DNA of 63,839 bases, filler included. It is 4 parts of 4 records of this genome, joined end to end, with 100 filler letters (N's around TTAATTAATTAA, not from the genome) between each part and the next. Parts side by side here need not be neighbours in the genome. Positions count along the whole stretch, not along the records: positions 1 to 27,884 come from SRR20825019_2845; 3 more parts are not named here. One strand, written 5' to 3'. Shown here one piece after another: positions 18,986-27,984 of the stretch. Under the pieces are notes generated by a model. It ran no database searches and was not told where the DNA came from. It saw nothing but the letters and a program-made list of their open reading frames with translations. Both the position numbers and the translations under genes were made by a program. How positions within the stretch are numbered: the stretch's first letter is position 1; every line of letters begins with the position of its first letter.

Positions 18986-21900
18986 CTATTCGGCATTCTC
19001 CAAAGACTCCCAAGACAAAGATTCCCTCTGCGGCAGCAATAACCCATTCCCGTGCGGAACGACCTTGGACCAATCCCCCGACCCGTTCCAAACGAATGAC
19101 GACCCGATCACCCCGGAATCCTTGATGCTGACCCAATGGGCACGACCGTTGGCGAGACCGATTACAAAGCCGGAGCCCATCCGCAGGATCACCGCCACTT
19201 CTCCGTCGAATGCCATTCGGCTGATCAGCGTTCCGTCAAAGTCGAAGCAATAAAACAATCCCAGTGAATTGCCCACGAGGAGATGTTTTTTAGGTGCATC
19301 AATCAGCAGCGCAGTCGTTCCTCCCGGCAAATATTTAAGCCAGCGTTTGTGCATGGGTTGCACCGCCCCAGGCTTCATTTCAACAAAATGGAGATTGCGG
19401 CCCCAGTTCGCCCCGAAGGCTGCCCATCGTCCGTTCTCTTCAGAACGTGCCTGTGCGGTCATCCGGCTGGTCCACCACTCGACTTCCATTTCCTGAAGCA
19501 AAGCTCCACCGGCTTTGAGCAGACGGCATTCCGCGCGGTTGCTCATAATCTCACCACCGACGAGAATTTCATCCACGCCATCTCCATTCACGTCCATGAG
19601 ACCAATCGTGCCCGGGATTCCGTTCATATAACGGAACGTCCACCGATGTTCGCCTTCCCGCGTATAAGCCCGCACATGCATATCACCACAGCCGACCACC
19701 ACGCCGGTAAAACCTGATTGCGGTCGCGCCGCCACCACGCGCAGCGCGGCCGTGGAAAACCACTCCCACCACGGACAGGATGAGGGAATGCGTTCGAGCG
19801 CGATCGTCCACCGCACTTCACCATCACGCAATGACAGAGCGGTCAGCGAGTCAGCGGCATGCCCCACGTAAATTTGTTCTCCATCGGCATCCGCGTCATG
19901 CACCGGACCCTCGACGGACGTTTCCCAAATCCGGTTCCATTCAGAATCGAATCGAATGCATCTTCCGTCCATCAAAACGATAAGCACATTCCCAGTATTC
20001 AGAGGAACAATTTTCTTAATTTCCGCGCCAAGTTCGCACAGGACCGGTTTGCTTCGCCCGACAATCTCGGACTGTTCCGCTGGCAAAGCAGAAGAGCCCG
20101 AGTTGAGCCCAAGATCGAAATGGCTCTGTAACTCTATCGATTTTGGAAAACCCTCGATAACAAGTCCCCGGCTTCCGGCGACTCGCAGAGAAGGCGCGTT
20201 CTCCGTTGCGAGCCGGGCATGCGCATAGTGCACGAAGGAAACGCCCTCGCCTTTTTTCAAATGGGTATGAAGGCGGGACCGCACGATGCTGATCTGAATA
20301 TCCTTCGTGCCATAGCGTCGCGACCAAGCTTCCACCACATCATCCTCCGGGGGCGTGTTCTCATGATCACGCACATGGCGGATCTGTCCCCGCTTATCAT
20401 CTTCAACGACCCGCAATGAAGCCGTTTCATGGATCGTGGACTGCAACGAAAAGACCACCTCCCCACCCTCAGCCCCCGGGCGGTGCGCCACGGTTTGCCC
20501 CGACTCATGTTCCACCTTACCGGGAATCCTCAAATTGCACTGAATGCTAAAGTCACCCTCCCTCTCCGCTTCAATATAATCGTGAATCACCAAACCTTGC
20601 TGTCCGAGGAAGAACAGCTCGCGCGTCCAAGTGCTGCCGTTGTTGCCCCGCAGAGCAAGTCGCGCATATCCCCGCCCTTTGGTCCGGTCCCAGGTGGCCT
20701 CGTGACATTCACCGAAACAAGGAACCAGATCGCAGACGCCGTCACAGCCCACGGTGACAATCGAATGGCTGTCCGGTTCGGGCGATTGCAAACCGGAATC
20801 GGAAACGAGGAAACTATAGCCCAACCGACTGTATTCAATTAGATCCATCGCGTCGTCATAGGCATGCGAGCCTCCGCCGATCCCATCGATCAGGAGGTAG
20901 GCATCCTCCCGATTCCAACCTTCCCGCATCGTCACTTTATCAAAGCACTCCTCGACCGGAGCGGACGGCGGCACCTTAAACATCCATGGCGCGGCGTCGG
21001 GCGCTTTATCATGTGCACCATGCACCAATGGATCCAGTGGCACCACCGTAAGACCGGCCGGCGGTGTTTGCCCTTTCACTCCAATATCAAAAGCCCGTGG
21101 CAAAAACACATGTGAACGGAGCCGACGGTAGTCCGGAGCTGTCAGATCGGCAAAACGATATTCTTCATTTCGATACCAAGCCGCCGCAGTGCGCAGGGAA
21201 TCACTGGGAAAGGATCGCAGCAAATGCGCATCACCCGAAGCCGGCATCCAGCCAAAATTATTAACCACCGCCATGGCACAATCGGCCGCCCGTCGCGCGC
21301 CGTCGTTTTTAAAGAAACGGTGTTTTGGATCGAGCAATCCGTATTCCAGTAGAACCGGCTGTTCCAGATACCAGCCGTGGCACAATCCTTCCGAAGCCGG
21401 TTTCCAACTCCCGTCCCAATAAACGGAGAACACCTTGTCGGAAATTTCCTCCCACAATTTCGGTTCAGCTGTAATCTCCGGATAAAAATCACGCAAATAC
21501 GAGGCGAAGTAAGACAGCGCCAACGCCGGAATCGTGCCGTGGTTCTGCCGCTGAATCCCGGGCACCACCGTGCCCTCAAAGCTCAAGTGGGCAACCCCCT
21601 GATCGCTGTTAATCCATTTGATAAAAAACTCCAGAATCGGAGCACGCAGTTCCTCGTCAATCAATCCCGCCGTCTCCAGCATCCGAAAGGAGCAGATCAA
21701 AAGGGACATCCGTAAATGGAGATCCTTGATGTTGTGATCTCCCGCGGGAATCCCATAAGCGAGAATCCGACGCCAGACTTCTTGAGAATGAGCAATCAGA
21801 CCTCCATCGCCTTCGAGATATCCCAGATAGCCTTTGAACGTGTTATTGACGTTAGCTGCGAGCATCCAGTCCAGCGGAGGAAAATCGGCGGCGCGAATCG

Positions 21901-22384
21901 CCTCCGCCATAAAGTCGGCCATCGGTAATGCGGTGGCTTTGACCTCTGCCAAACGCGGGGTCACTGGTGCGAGTTGCGCCAACAATTTCTCCCAACCTAA
22001 CCGCAATCCCTCATCATCGGAGTAGCCGAGATGGAGAATGTTATCTCCCGTGCCAAACGGATTCATCAAAGTCCGCAGTTCGTAGCCTGCCGGGCCGGGA
22101 TAACGGCAATCGGTCACGAGCAAAAATTTAAAATAGAGTTCCCGCACCGCGTTGTTATTGGCGAGGTTGCCCCAGACGATCACCGGACCGGAGATTGCTT
22201 TCAGAGAATCTCCTTCGGAGAAATCCATCACCACCACCCGGGAGCCCAGTGCCTTCAACTTGGCTACCAATTCCCGAGTCGCTTGATCTTCACCCGTGCA
22301 CGGAGGTATCACTGTCACTGAGCGATCTTTCAGAATCGTCTCGGAGAGCAATCTTCGGGGAGTCAGGGAAAGTGATGTGGTCAT
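18986..22384 (-). CDS. Large hypothetical protein: putative lyase-like core plus C-terminal beta-propeller
   Basis: 1132 aa. RQNHG and EG..GWY helical region, GGGSHAYDDAMDL (heparinase II/III-like), and C-terminal PQQ/FG-GAP-like repeats (GEVRW, GEHRW, DVNGDGVDEILVG). Confidence 0.6.
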   Translation of the reverse strand: MTTSLSLTPRRLLSETILKDRSVTVIPPCTGEDQATRELVAKLKALGSRVVVMDFSEGDSLKAISGPVIVWGNLANNNAVRELYFKFLLVTDCRYPGPAGYELRTLMNPFGTGDNILHLGYSDDEGLRLGWEKLLAQLAPVTPRLAEVKATALPMADFMAEAIRAADFPPLDWMLAANVNNTFKGYLGYLEGDGGLIAHSQEVWRRILAYGIPAGDHNIKDLHLRMSLLICSFRMLETAGLIDEELRAPILEFFIKWINSDQGVAHLSFEGTVVPGIQRQNHGTIPALALSYFASYLRDFYPEITAEPKLWEEISDKVFSVYWDGSWKPASEGLCHGWYLEQPVLLEYGLLDPKHRFFKNDGARRAADCAMAVVNNFGWMPASGDAHLLRSFPSDSLRTAAAWYRNEEYRFADLTAPDYRRLRSHVFLPRAFDIGVKGQTPPAGLTVVPLDPLVHGAHDKAPDAAPWMFKVPPSAPVEECFDKVTMREGWNREDAYLLIDGIGGGSHAYDDAMDLIEYSRLGYSFLVSDSGLQSPEPDSHSIVTVGCDGVCDLVPCFGECHEATWDRTKGRGYARLALRGNNGSTWTRELFFLGQQGLVIHDYIEAEREGDFSIQCNLRIPGKVEHESGQTVAHRPGAEGGEVVFSLQSTIHETASLRVVEDDKRGQIRHVRDHENTPPEDDVVEAWSRRYGTKDIQISIVRSRLHTHLKKGEGVSFVHYAHARLATENAPSLRVAGSRGLVIEGFPKSIELQSHFDLGLNSGSSALPAEQSEIVGRSKPVLCELGAEIKKIVPLNTGNVLIVLMDGRCIRFDSEWNRIWETSVEGPVHDADADGEQIYVGHAADSLTALSLRDGEVRWTIALERIPSSCPWWEWFSTAALRVVAARPQSGFTGVVVGCGDMHVRAYTREGEHRWTFRYMNGIPGTIGLMDVNGDGVDEILVGGEIMSNRAECRLLKAGGALLQEMEVEWWTSRMTAQARSEENGRWAAFGANWGRNLHFVEMKPGAVQPMHKRWLKYLPGGTTALLIDAPKKHLLVGNSLGLFYCFDFDGTLISRMAFDGEVAVILRMGSGFVIGLANGRAHWVSIKDSGVIGSSFVWNGSGDWSKVVPHGNGLLLPQRESLSWESLENAE

Positions 22385-22593
22385 GAGAGAAGAAATCCTA
22401 TCCTACCATAGTTGTCGGAAACTGAGATTAAATCCAACCGAGTTGGTTCGCTGGAAACATATGCTCTTCGCATTGCAAAGCGTGGTCTCCAAACGCGCCA
22501 GACCTCATGTTGACGGCATTCGGAATGCGATGCGGAGACCACGCCTTGTAAAATCCAATCGCTCACATCCGAAGCCTGATTGGAACCGGGCAT

Positions 22594-22628
22594 AAAATGG
22601 GGGAAAGGGATCACTCCCCTTCCCCCAT
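22594..22628 (-). terminator. Rho-independent terminator after the TonB receptor gene
   Basis: 14-bp stem ATGGGGGAAGGGGA/TCCCTTTCCCCCAT (one G-U), 4-nt loop and short T tail on the minus strand, 19 bp past the stop. Confidence 0.75.
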
Positions 22629-22647
22629 GAAAGAAACACCGCAATGA

Positions 22648-24849
22648 TTAGAACATGCGGGTCATCGTCAGCGCCCAACGGGCCGCTGCGCCAACCTTCA
22701 CGTTACCAATCTGGATATTGCTAGGAGAATAGTTCTCATCCAGAACATTGCTACCGTTCAGCTGGGCTTTCCATTTGTCCCAGCGATAGCTGACGAAAAC
22801 GTCCACTGTCTTGTAAGGATCAATGCGGCGGGAACCGTTGAAGGTGAAATCTTCACCGACCCAGTTACCACCGGCACCAAAGGCGAGACCTTCCATCGAG
22901 CTGCCTTCGGGAAACTTGTAGCGAGCCACGAAGTTGGCGGTCTCATTGGGGGCGCGGTCAGGACGCAGACCAGTGTCCGTATCCACGATGTTACCTTTGT
23001 AGTAACCGACAATCAGAGTCAGGCCCTTGTAATCCCAAGCGAGGGAGCCTTCCCAACCTTCATTGTGGAGGGGAGGACGAACCTCTTTATAGCCAGGGTT
23101 AAGCGGGTCATCGCTCAAACGATTGGTCACATCCATCGTGAAGAAGCTGACCGTGCCGGTGAAGTTATACACGGAGTCAAACTTCACACCCCATTCTTCA
23201 CCGATACTGATTTCAGGGTCGGCACCAATACCACCGACGAGGAGAGCCGTGCCATTGCCTCGGAAAGCATCGCTGCTACCCCAGAAGACACTCATGTTGG
23301 GAAGAGGTTTCACGACCACACCGTAACGTTCGCTCATATAGCTATCCTCAACTGCTTCACCTTGATAGGGTTGCAGGTTAACAAAAGGGATAAATTCACC
23401 CGTGACCGGATCAACTGCCGCTGGGGCGTTGGCCCGCAGACGCTGGCTGGTCACGTAATTGTAGCGCAGACCCGCCGTGAGAATGAGGCGATCCTGCAAC
23501 ACGCTCAGCTCGTTCTGGGCGAAGAAACCGGCGGCCAATTCACTTGAAAGCGTGCGGTCAGTAACCGGGAGAACGAGAGTCGGTTGGTTATAGAAAGCAT
23601 CCAGATTATTGAAATCAATCGGATTGGCCTTCACGGCGCCCGGAGCCGTGTCGAAGGCGCGAACGTTCATATTGTCGCGATAGTTCATATCAGCGCCGGC
23701 CGTGATCCGATTCTCAAAAAATTCAGTGCGCTTCTTCCACGTGATATCCGTCTGCACATTGTGGTGATAGACCTCACCATCAATCGTATTGGCAGCGAGC
23801 GGGATTATTCCGTTGGCCGGCACCCTGATGCCACCACTGCGGATGAAGCGACCGCCCGAGGAATTGTATTCCATGGAATAGTAGGCCTGGAAACCGATAT
23901 CTTCGGTGGGGTTAGCCGTGAAACGGGCATCCACAAAGGTCATCTGAGTCTGCCATTCTCCATCATCAAACGGAGCATTGATTTCAAAACCACGCAGAGG
24001 CACACCGGCGTTGCCGGGATTATCCCGGGTGCCATCGGTCACTGTCCGCAAATCGATGATGGTTGTGGCATCCATATTGTTGCGATCCTGATAGAAGGCA
24101 CCCAGATCAAGGGTGTTCGTTGGGCTCAGCTTAAAGGTCAGACGACCATAGGCCAAGGTGGACTTGTCATACGCATCGGACCAACCCGGTGTGGGGTTGT
24201 CTTTGCCTTCCACAATCACCCGGTAGAGAATATTAGGATGATCCGCACTGATCGGACCAGACACATCACCCACCACACGGTAGAGACTGTCCGTCCCCAC
24301 GGTCGCTGAGAGACTCCCCTGAAAATCCTCAGTGGGCTTCTTGGAAACGCGGTTCACATAACCACCAGCGGCCGCAAAAGAACCATAGGTCAGGGATGCG
24401 GGGCCTTTGATGACCTCCATGCGCTCAATTATGGCGGAAGGGATGGCATTGACCGAGCGAACCACTGCGCCGTCCATCGAACCCACAATCGCACGCAGAC
24501 CACGGATTCGCGTGTCCATCGCATTCTGGGTGCTCAGCACCAGACCGGGCGTGGTGTTTCTCAGGATTTCCATATCCGACAGCGCGCCGGAATCTTGAAT
24601 ATATTCCTGGGTGATCACATTGATCGGTTGAGGAATATTAACGATTTCGGTCGTCGCGCGGTTCAGGGACACGCTTTGCGAAGCCAAGTATCCTTTGATC
24701 GAATCGTCGCTCACTTTGAAGGCGTCCAGTTGGACGACTTCATCATTGTTTTGGGACGTTTGCGCCTCCACGAAGGGGGTCAGCAAAAATCCGGCCAGCA
24801 TCACGCCGGCGAATCTGCGTATTGTATTAGACATAACCATGGTAAGCAC
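22648..24849 (-). CDS. TonB-dependent receptor
   Basis: Signal peptide, EVVQLDAFKV TonB-box region, plug motif IERMEVIKGPASLTYG, beta-barrel with NVLDENY, and a terminal Phe. Confidence 0.92.
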   Translation of the reverse strand: MLTMVMSNTIRRFAGVMLAGFLLTPFVEAQTSQNNDEVVQLDAFKVSDDSIKGYLASQSVSLNRATTEIVNIPQPINVITQEYIQDSGALSDMEILRNTTPGLVLSTQNAMDTRIRGLRAIVGSMDGAVVRSVNAIPSAIIERMEVIKGPASLTYGSFAAAGGYVNRVSKKPTEDFQGSLSATVGTDSLYRVVGDVSGPISADHPNILYRVIVEGKDNPTPGWSDAYDKSTLAYGRLTFKLSPTNTLDLGAFYQDRNNMDATTIIDLRTVTDGTRDNPGNAGVPLRGFEINAPFDDGEWQTQMTFVDARFTANPTEDIGFQAYYSMEYNSSGGRFIRSGGIRVPANGIIPLAANTIDGEVYHHNVQTDITWKKRTEFFENRITAGADMNYRDNMNVRAFDTAPGAVKANPIDFNNLDAFYNQPTLVLPVTDRTLSSELAAGFFAQNELSVLQDRLILTAGLRYNYVTSQRLRANAPAAVDPVTGEFIPFVNLQPYQGEAVEDSYMSERYGVVVKPLPNMSVFWGSSDAFRGNGTALLVGGIGADPEISIGEEWGVKFDSVYNFTGTVSFFTMDVTNRLSDDPLNPGYKEVRPPLHNEGWEGSLAWDYKGLTLIVGYYKGNIVDTDTGLRPDRAPNETANFVARYKFPEGSSMEGLAFGAGGNWVGEDFTFNGSRRIDPYKTVDVFVSYRWDKWKAQLNGSNVLDENYSPSNIQIGNVKVGAAARWALTMTRMF

Positions 24850-24895
24850 TCCTAGGCTTTCGGGGTTTATTGGATTGTTGGTGGTAGATCAGATC

Positions 24896-24938
24896 GTAAC
24901 CGGACGGTTACCTTTTTAGGTTGTAACCACTCGGTTAC
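24896..24938. promoter_or_regulatory. Tandem palindromic operator GTAACC-N4-GGTTAC (two copies) in the divergent promoter region
   Basis: GTAACC-GGAC-GGTTAC at 24896-24911 and GTAACC-ACTC-GGTTAC at 24923-24938, between the divergent TonB and aldo/keto reductase genes. Confidence 0.75.
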
Positions 24939-25013
24939 TCTCGTCAAGTGAATATACAGACTATTCCACGCAGATCTCGAATTTACGCATACCCCAGCTT
25001 CAGTATCACATCT

Positions 25014-25961
25014 ATGACCCTCAAACAGTTTGGTAACAGCAACCTACACGTTTCCCCCTTGGGATTCGGTGCTTGGCCGATCGGTGGCACCATGTATGGC
25101 GACATCCCGCGGGCTGAAGGATACGCGGCCCTGGAACGCTATCTTGAATTGGGAGGCCGCCTGATCGATACAGCCCGGGCCTACCGCACCAGCGAGGGTA
25201 TTGTCGGCGAAGTTCTGCGTTCCCTCGACCTTCGCTCGCAGGTCATCCTTACCAGTAAAACCAAGGGGAATACACCCAAAGTCATGCGGCTCGACCTCGA
25301 ATCCTCCCTCCGAGAGTTGGATACCGATTATCTCGACATCTACTTCCTTCATCAACCTCCCTCCGACGCCGCCGAAAGGGAAATCGCCCTCACCGCCATG
25401 CAGCAGTTCCAGGAGGAGGGCAAAATCCGCGTGATCGGGGCATCGATCAACGGCCCAAACGTTACCACCGAAACCGAACAAATGTGCCGTGACTACATCG
25501 CGACAGGCCAGATCGGGGCGATTCAACTGATCTTCAGCATTTTTCGCCAACGCCTGCGCTCCATCCTGCAGCTTGCCCGGGAAAACGGCGTGGGAATCGT
25601 CGGCCGCACCGCGTTGGAAAGCGGTTTTCTGACCGGAAAATACAACCCCGGCACCGTTTTTCCGTCAGGTGATCATCGCAACCGCTGGCCCGCCAATCAA
25701 CGCGACCGCATTTTCGAATCAGTCGAACAGGTGCGACAACTTCTCGGGACAGCTCCAACAAACACCAATCTCATTTCGGCGTCGATTCGGTTTGCGATGG
25801 ATGAGCCCGGTATTGATACCGTGATCCTTGGCGCAAAGAATGCTCACCAATCCGCACAAACCTTTCGCATTGATCAGCACCCCCCCATCCCCGAGTCACT
25901 TCGTCAACAGCTCATCGAGACCTTTGCCGGCCAGGATTCCCTCTGTAACCTTTCCGTATAA
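25014..25961 (+). CDS. Aldo/keto reductase
   Basis: LGFGAWPIGG, IDTARAY, SLRELDTDYLDIYFLH and EGKIRVIGAS motifs; ATG at 25014. Confidence 0.9.
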   Translation: MTLKQFGNSNLHVSPLGFGAWPIGGTMYGDIPRAEGYAALERYLELGGRLIDTARAYRTSEGIVGEVLRSLDLRSQVILTSKTKGNTPKVMRLDLESSLRELDTDYLDIYFLHQPPSDAAEREIALTAMQQFQEEGKIRVIGASINGPNVTTETEQMCRDYIATGQIGAIQLIFSIFRQRLRSILQLARENGVGIVGRTALESGFLTGKYNPGTVFPSGDHRNRWPANQRDRIFESVEQVRQLLGTAPTNTNLISASIRFAMDEPGIDTVILGAKNAHQSAQTFRIDQHPPIPESLRQQLIETFAGQDSLCNLSV

Positions 25962-25990
25962 TCAAAACCTCAACCTCACAACCTGAGACC

Positions 25991-26965
25991 ATGCCCGCAC
26001 CCACCCGCATCATCGACTGCCATAACCACATCGGAGCCGAACTGCTCTTTTATCTCCATGGTGATCATCCCTATTGTCAGGACATCTCCGCGATGGTCGA
26101 AAATATCGGAGCCCAGCGGATCACCGATTGGGTTGTCTTTCCGTTCGTAACCAACGTTTCTTTCGAGTTCGCCGGTTTTCAGGACGGAGAAGTGGTTTTC
26201 AACCCCAAGGGCGCCGTGCCCTATGCCTACGAAAACGAACGCCTCCTCCGCGAAATCTATGACTACTTCCCGGAACACGCGAAGCGGATCATGCCCCTCG
26301 TCATCCTCGACCCATCGCGCCGCGTAGCCGAACAAGTGACCGCACTCCGCGCCCTGCGTGAAAAATACACATTCTCGGGCTTTAAGATCCAGCCGACCAT
26401 CATCAAATCTCCCGTCCGTGCCCTCCTCAACGAAGGCCGCGCCTTTCTCGAACTCGCCGAAGAGTGGAACTGCCCGATTTTGATCCACTCCAGTATCGCC
26501 GAGAACGACATCTGGTCGCAGTGCAGTGACATCCTCGACATCGCCGAACAAACTCCCGACGTGCGATTCTGTCTCGCCCACTCCTGCCGCTACGATCGGC
26601 CTTCACTCGACCGTATGGCCACCCTGCCCAACGCCTGGTTCGACTGTTCCGCCCACATCATTCACTGCCAAAGCGTCGAACGCGATCTGCCCAATGTTGC
26701 GCTCAAGGAGCGGCGTTTCGCCACCGACTACGCCAATCCCACCCAGGTCCTCCACGACCTCAATGCCGCTTATCCTAACAAACTGATGTGGGGCAGCGAT
26801 TCTCCTTTCTACAGTTGGATCACGTCAAAGGGTCGCCTCCCCTTCGCACTCAAAAGTTCCTATCAGGAGGAAACCGACTGCCTCTTCGGTCTCGAAGAAA
26901 AAATCATCTCCGACATCGCCTGCGACAACATCCTAAACTTCCTCGGCAATCAAGAAGACTCCTGA
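25991..26965 (+). CDS. Amidohydrolase family protein (possible lactonase/decarboxylase)
   Basis: IIDCHNH (HxH), GFKIQP, PILIHS, CLAH and LMWGSDSP motifs. Confidence 0.8.
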   Translation: MPAPTRIIDCHNHIGAELLFYLHGDHPYCQDISAMVENIGAQRITDWVVFPFVTNVSFEFAGFQDGEVVFNPKGAVPYAYENERLLREIYDYFPEHAKRIMPLVILDPSRRVAEQVTALRALREKYTFSGFKIQPTIIKSPVRALLNEGRAFLELAEEWNCPILIHSSIAENDIWSQCSDILDIAEQTPDVRFCLAHSCRYDRPSLDRMATLPNAWFDCSAHIIHCQSVERDLPNVALKERRFATDYANPTQVLHDLNAAYPNKLMWGSDSPFYSWITSKGRLPFALKSSYQEETDCLFGLEEKIISDIACDNILNFLGNQEDS

Positions 26966-26980
26966 AATTGAATTCAAACC

Positions 26981-27039
26981 GGGCGCGGACCAGCCGCGCT
27001 CCTACCAGCGAACATAGGGGCGAGCCTGATCTGCGCCCG
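26981..27039. repeat. Pair of REP-like palindromes in opposite orientation
   Basis: Minus strand GTAG-GAGCGCGG-CTGGT-CCGCGCCC (26981-27005) and a degenerate plus-strand ATAG-GGGCG...CGCCC (27014-27039). Confidence 0.6.
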
Positions 27040-27058
27040 ATTCGCCTCTCCACCATTT

Positions 27059-27823
27059 ATGACTCCTAATCCGTTTTCTCTCCAAGGTCGCACTGCCCTC
27101 GTCACCGGCTCCAGCAGTGGCATTGGCCAGGCCACTGCCGCCGCGATTCACGCCGCCGGGGCCAAGGTTATCCGCCATGGCATCGAAGCGGAAGATCCTG
27201 ATCCGACCGCCGGCACGCCCTACCTCGCCGGTGATCTCCTCAGCGAAACCGGACCCGAGGATCTGCTCGGAGCCGCCTTTGCTCACAGCCCCGACCTCGA
27301 TCTGCTCGTCTGCAATGCCGGCAATTGCCACAACGCGCCCTTTCTCGAGATGACGCGCGAGCGTTGGGATCGCACCATCGATCTCAATCTCAAGGCGAAC
27401 TACTTCGCCATTCAGGCCTTCGCCCGGAATCTCGCCACGGAGAACCGTTCCGGATCCGTTGTCATCACCGGATCGGTCAACGGTTTTCAGGCCGAGATCA
27501 ACTCCTCCGCCTACGACACCTCCAAAGGTGGCGTCGCCATGATGGTGCGCGGACTCGCGATGGAACTCGCCGACTTCAACATCCGCGTCAATGGCATCGC
27601 CCCCGGTCTGATTTTCACGCCGAAGACCCGCATCGGATTCGGCCGCAATCCCCAGCGTCAGGCCCATTACGAAAAGAAGGTGCTCCAGGGCCGCCTCGGC
27701 GAACCGGAGGATTGCACGGGAACCATCGTCTTTCTGCTCTCTCCAGCCTCTGAATATATCACCGGAGAAATGATCGTCGTCGATGGAGGTCTCACAGTCG
27801 GTCAAGTCGGCAAGATGGAATGA
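27059..27823 (+). CDS. SDR family oxidoreductase
   Basis: TGSSSGIG, CNAG, YDTSK (YxxxK), IRVNGIAPG and VVDGG motifs. Confidence 0.93.
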   Translation: MTPNPFSLQGRTALVTGSSSGIGQATAAAIHAAGAKVIRHGIEAEDPDPTAGTPYLAGDLLSETGPEDLLGAAFAHSPDLDLLVCNAGNCHNAPFLEMTRERWDRTIDLNLKANYFAIQAFARNLATENRSGSVVITGSVNGFQAEINSSAYDTSKGGVAMMVRGLAMELADFNIRVNGIAPGLIFTPKTRIGFGRNPQRQAHYEKKVLQGRLGEPEDCTGTIVFLLSPASEYITGEMIVVDGGLTVGQVGKME

Positions 27824-27884
27824 GCGTCGGTGTAGAGCGGGGATTGGCCCGAGATAGGGCGAACCGTCCCGGTGAGCCGCGGCT

Positions 27885-27984
27885 NNNNNNNNNNNNNNNN
27901 NNNNNNNNNNNNNNNNNNNNNNNNNNNNTTAATTAATTAANNNNNNNNNNNNNNNNNNNNNNNNNNNNNNNNNNNNNNNNNNNN
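27885..27984. other. Artificial contig spacer 1
   Basis: 44 N + TTAATTAATTAA (stops in all six frames) + 44 N. Confidence 0.98.

Noticed and set aside
22381-22644. 87-aa minus-strand ORF as a leader peptide
   Set aside because: It runs through the terminator hairpin, has no clear ribosome-binding site, and shows no informative composition.
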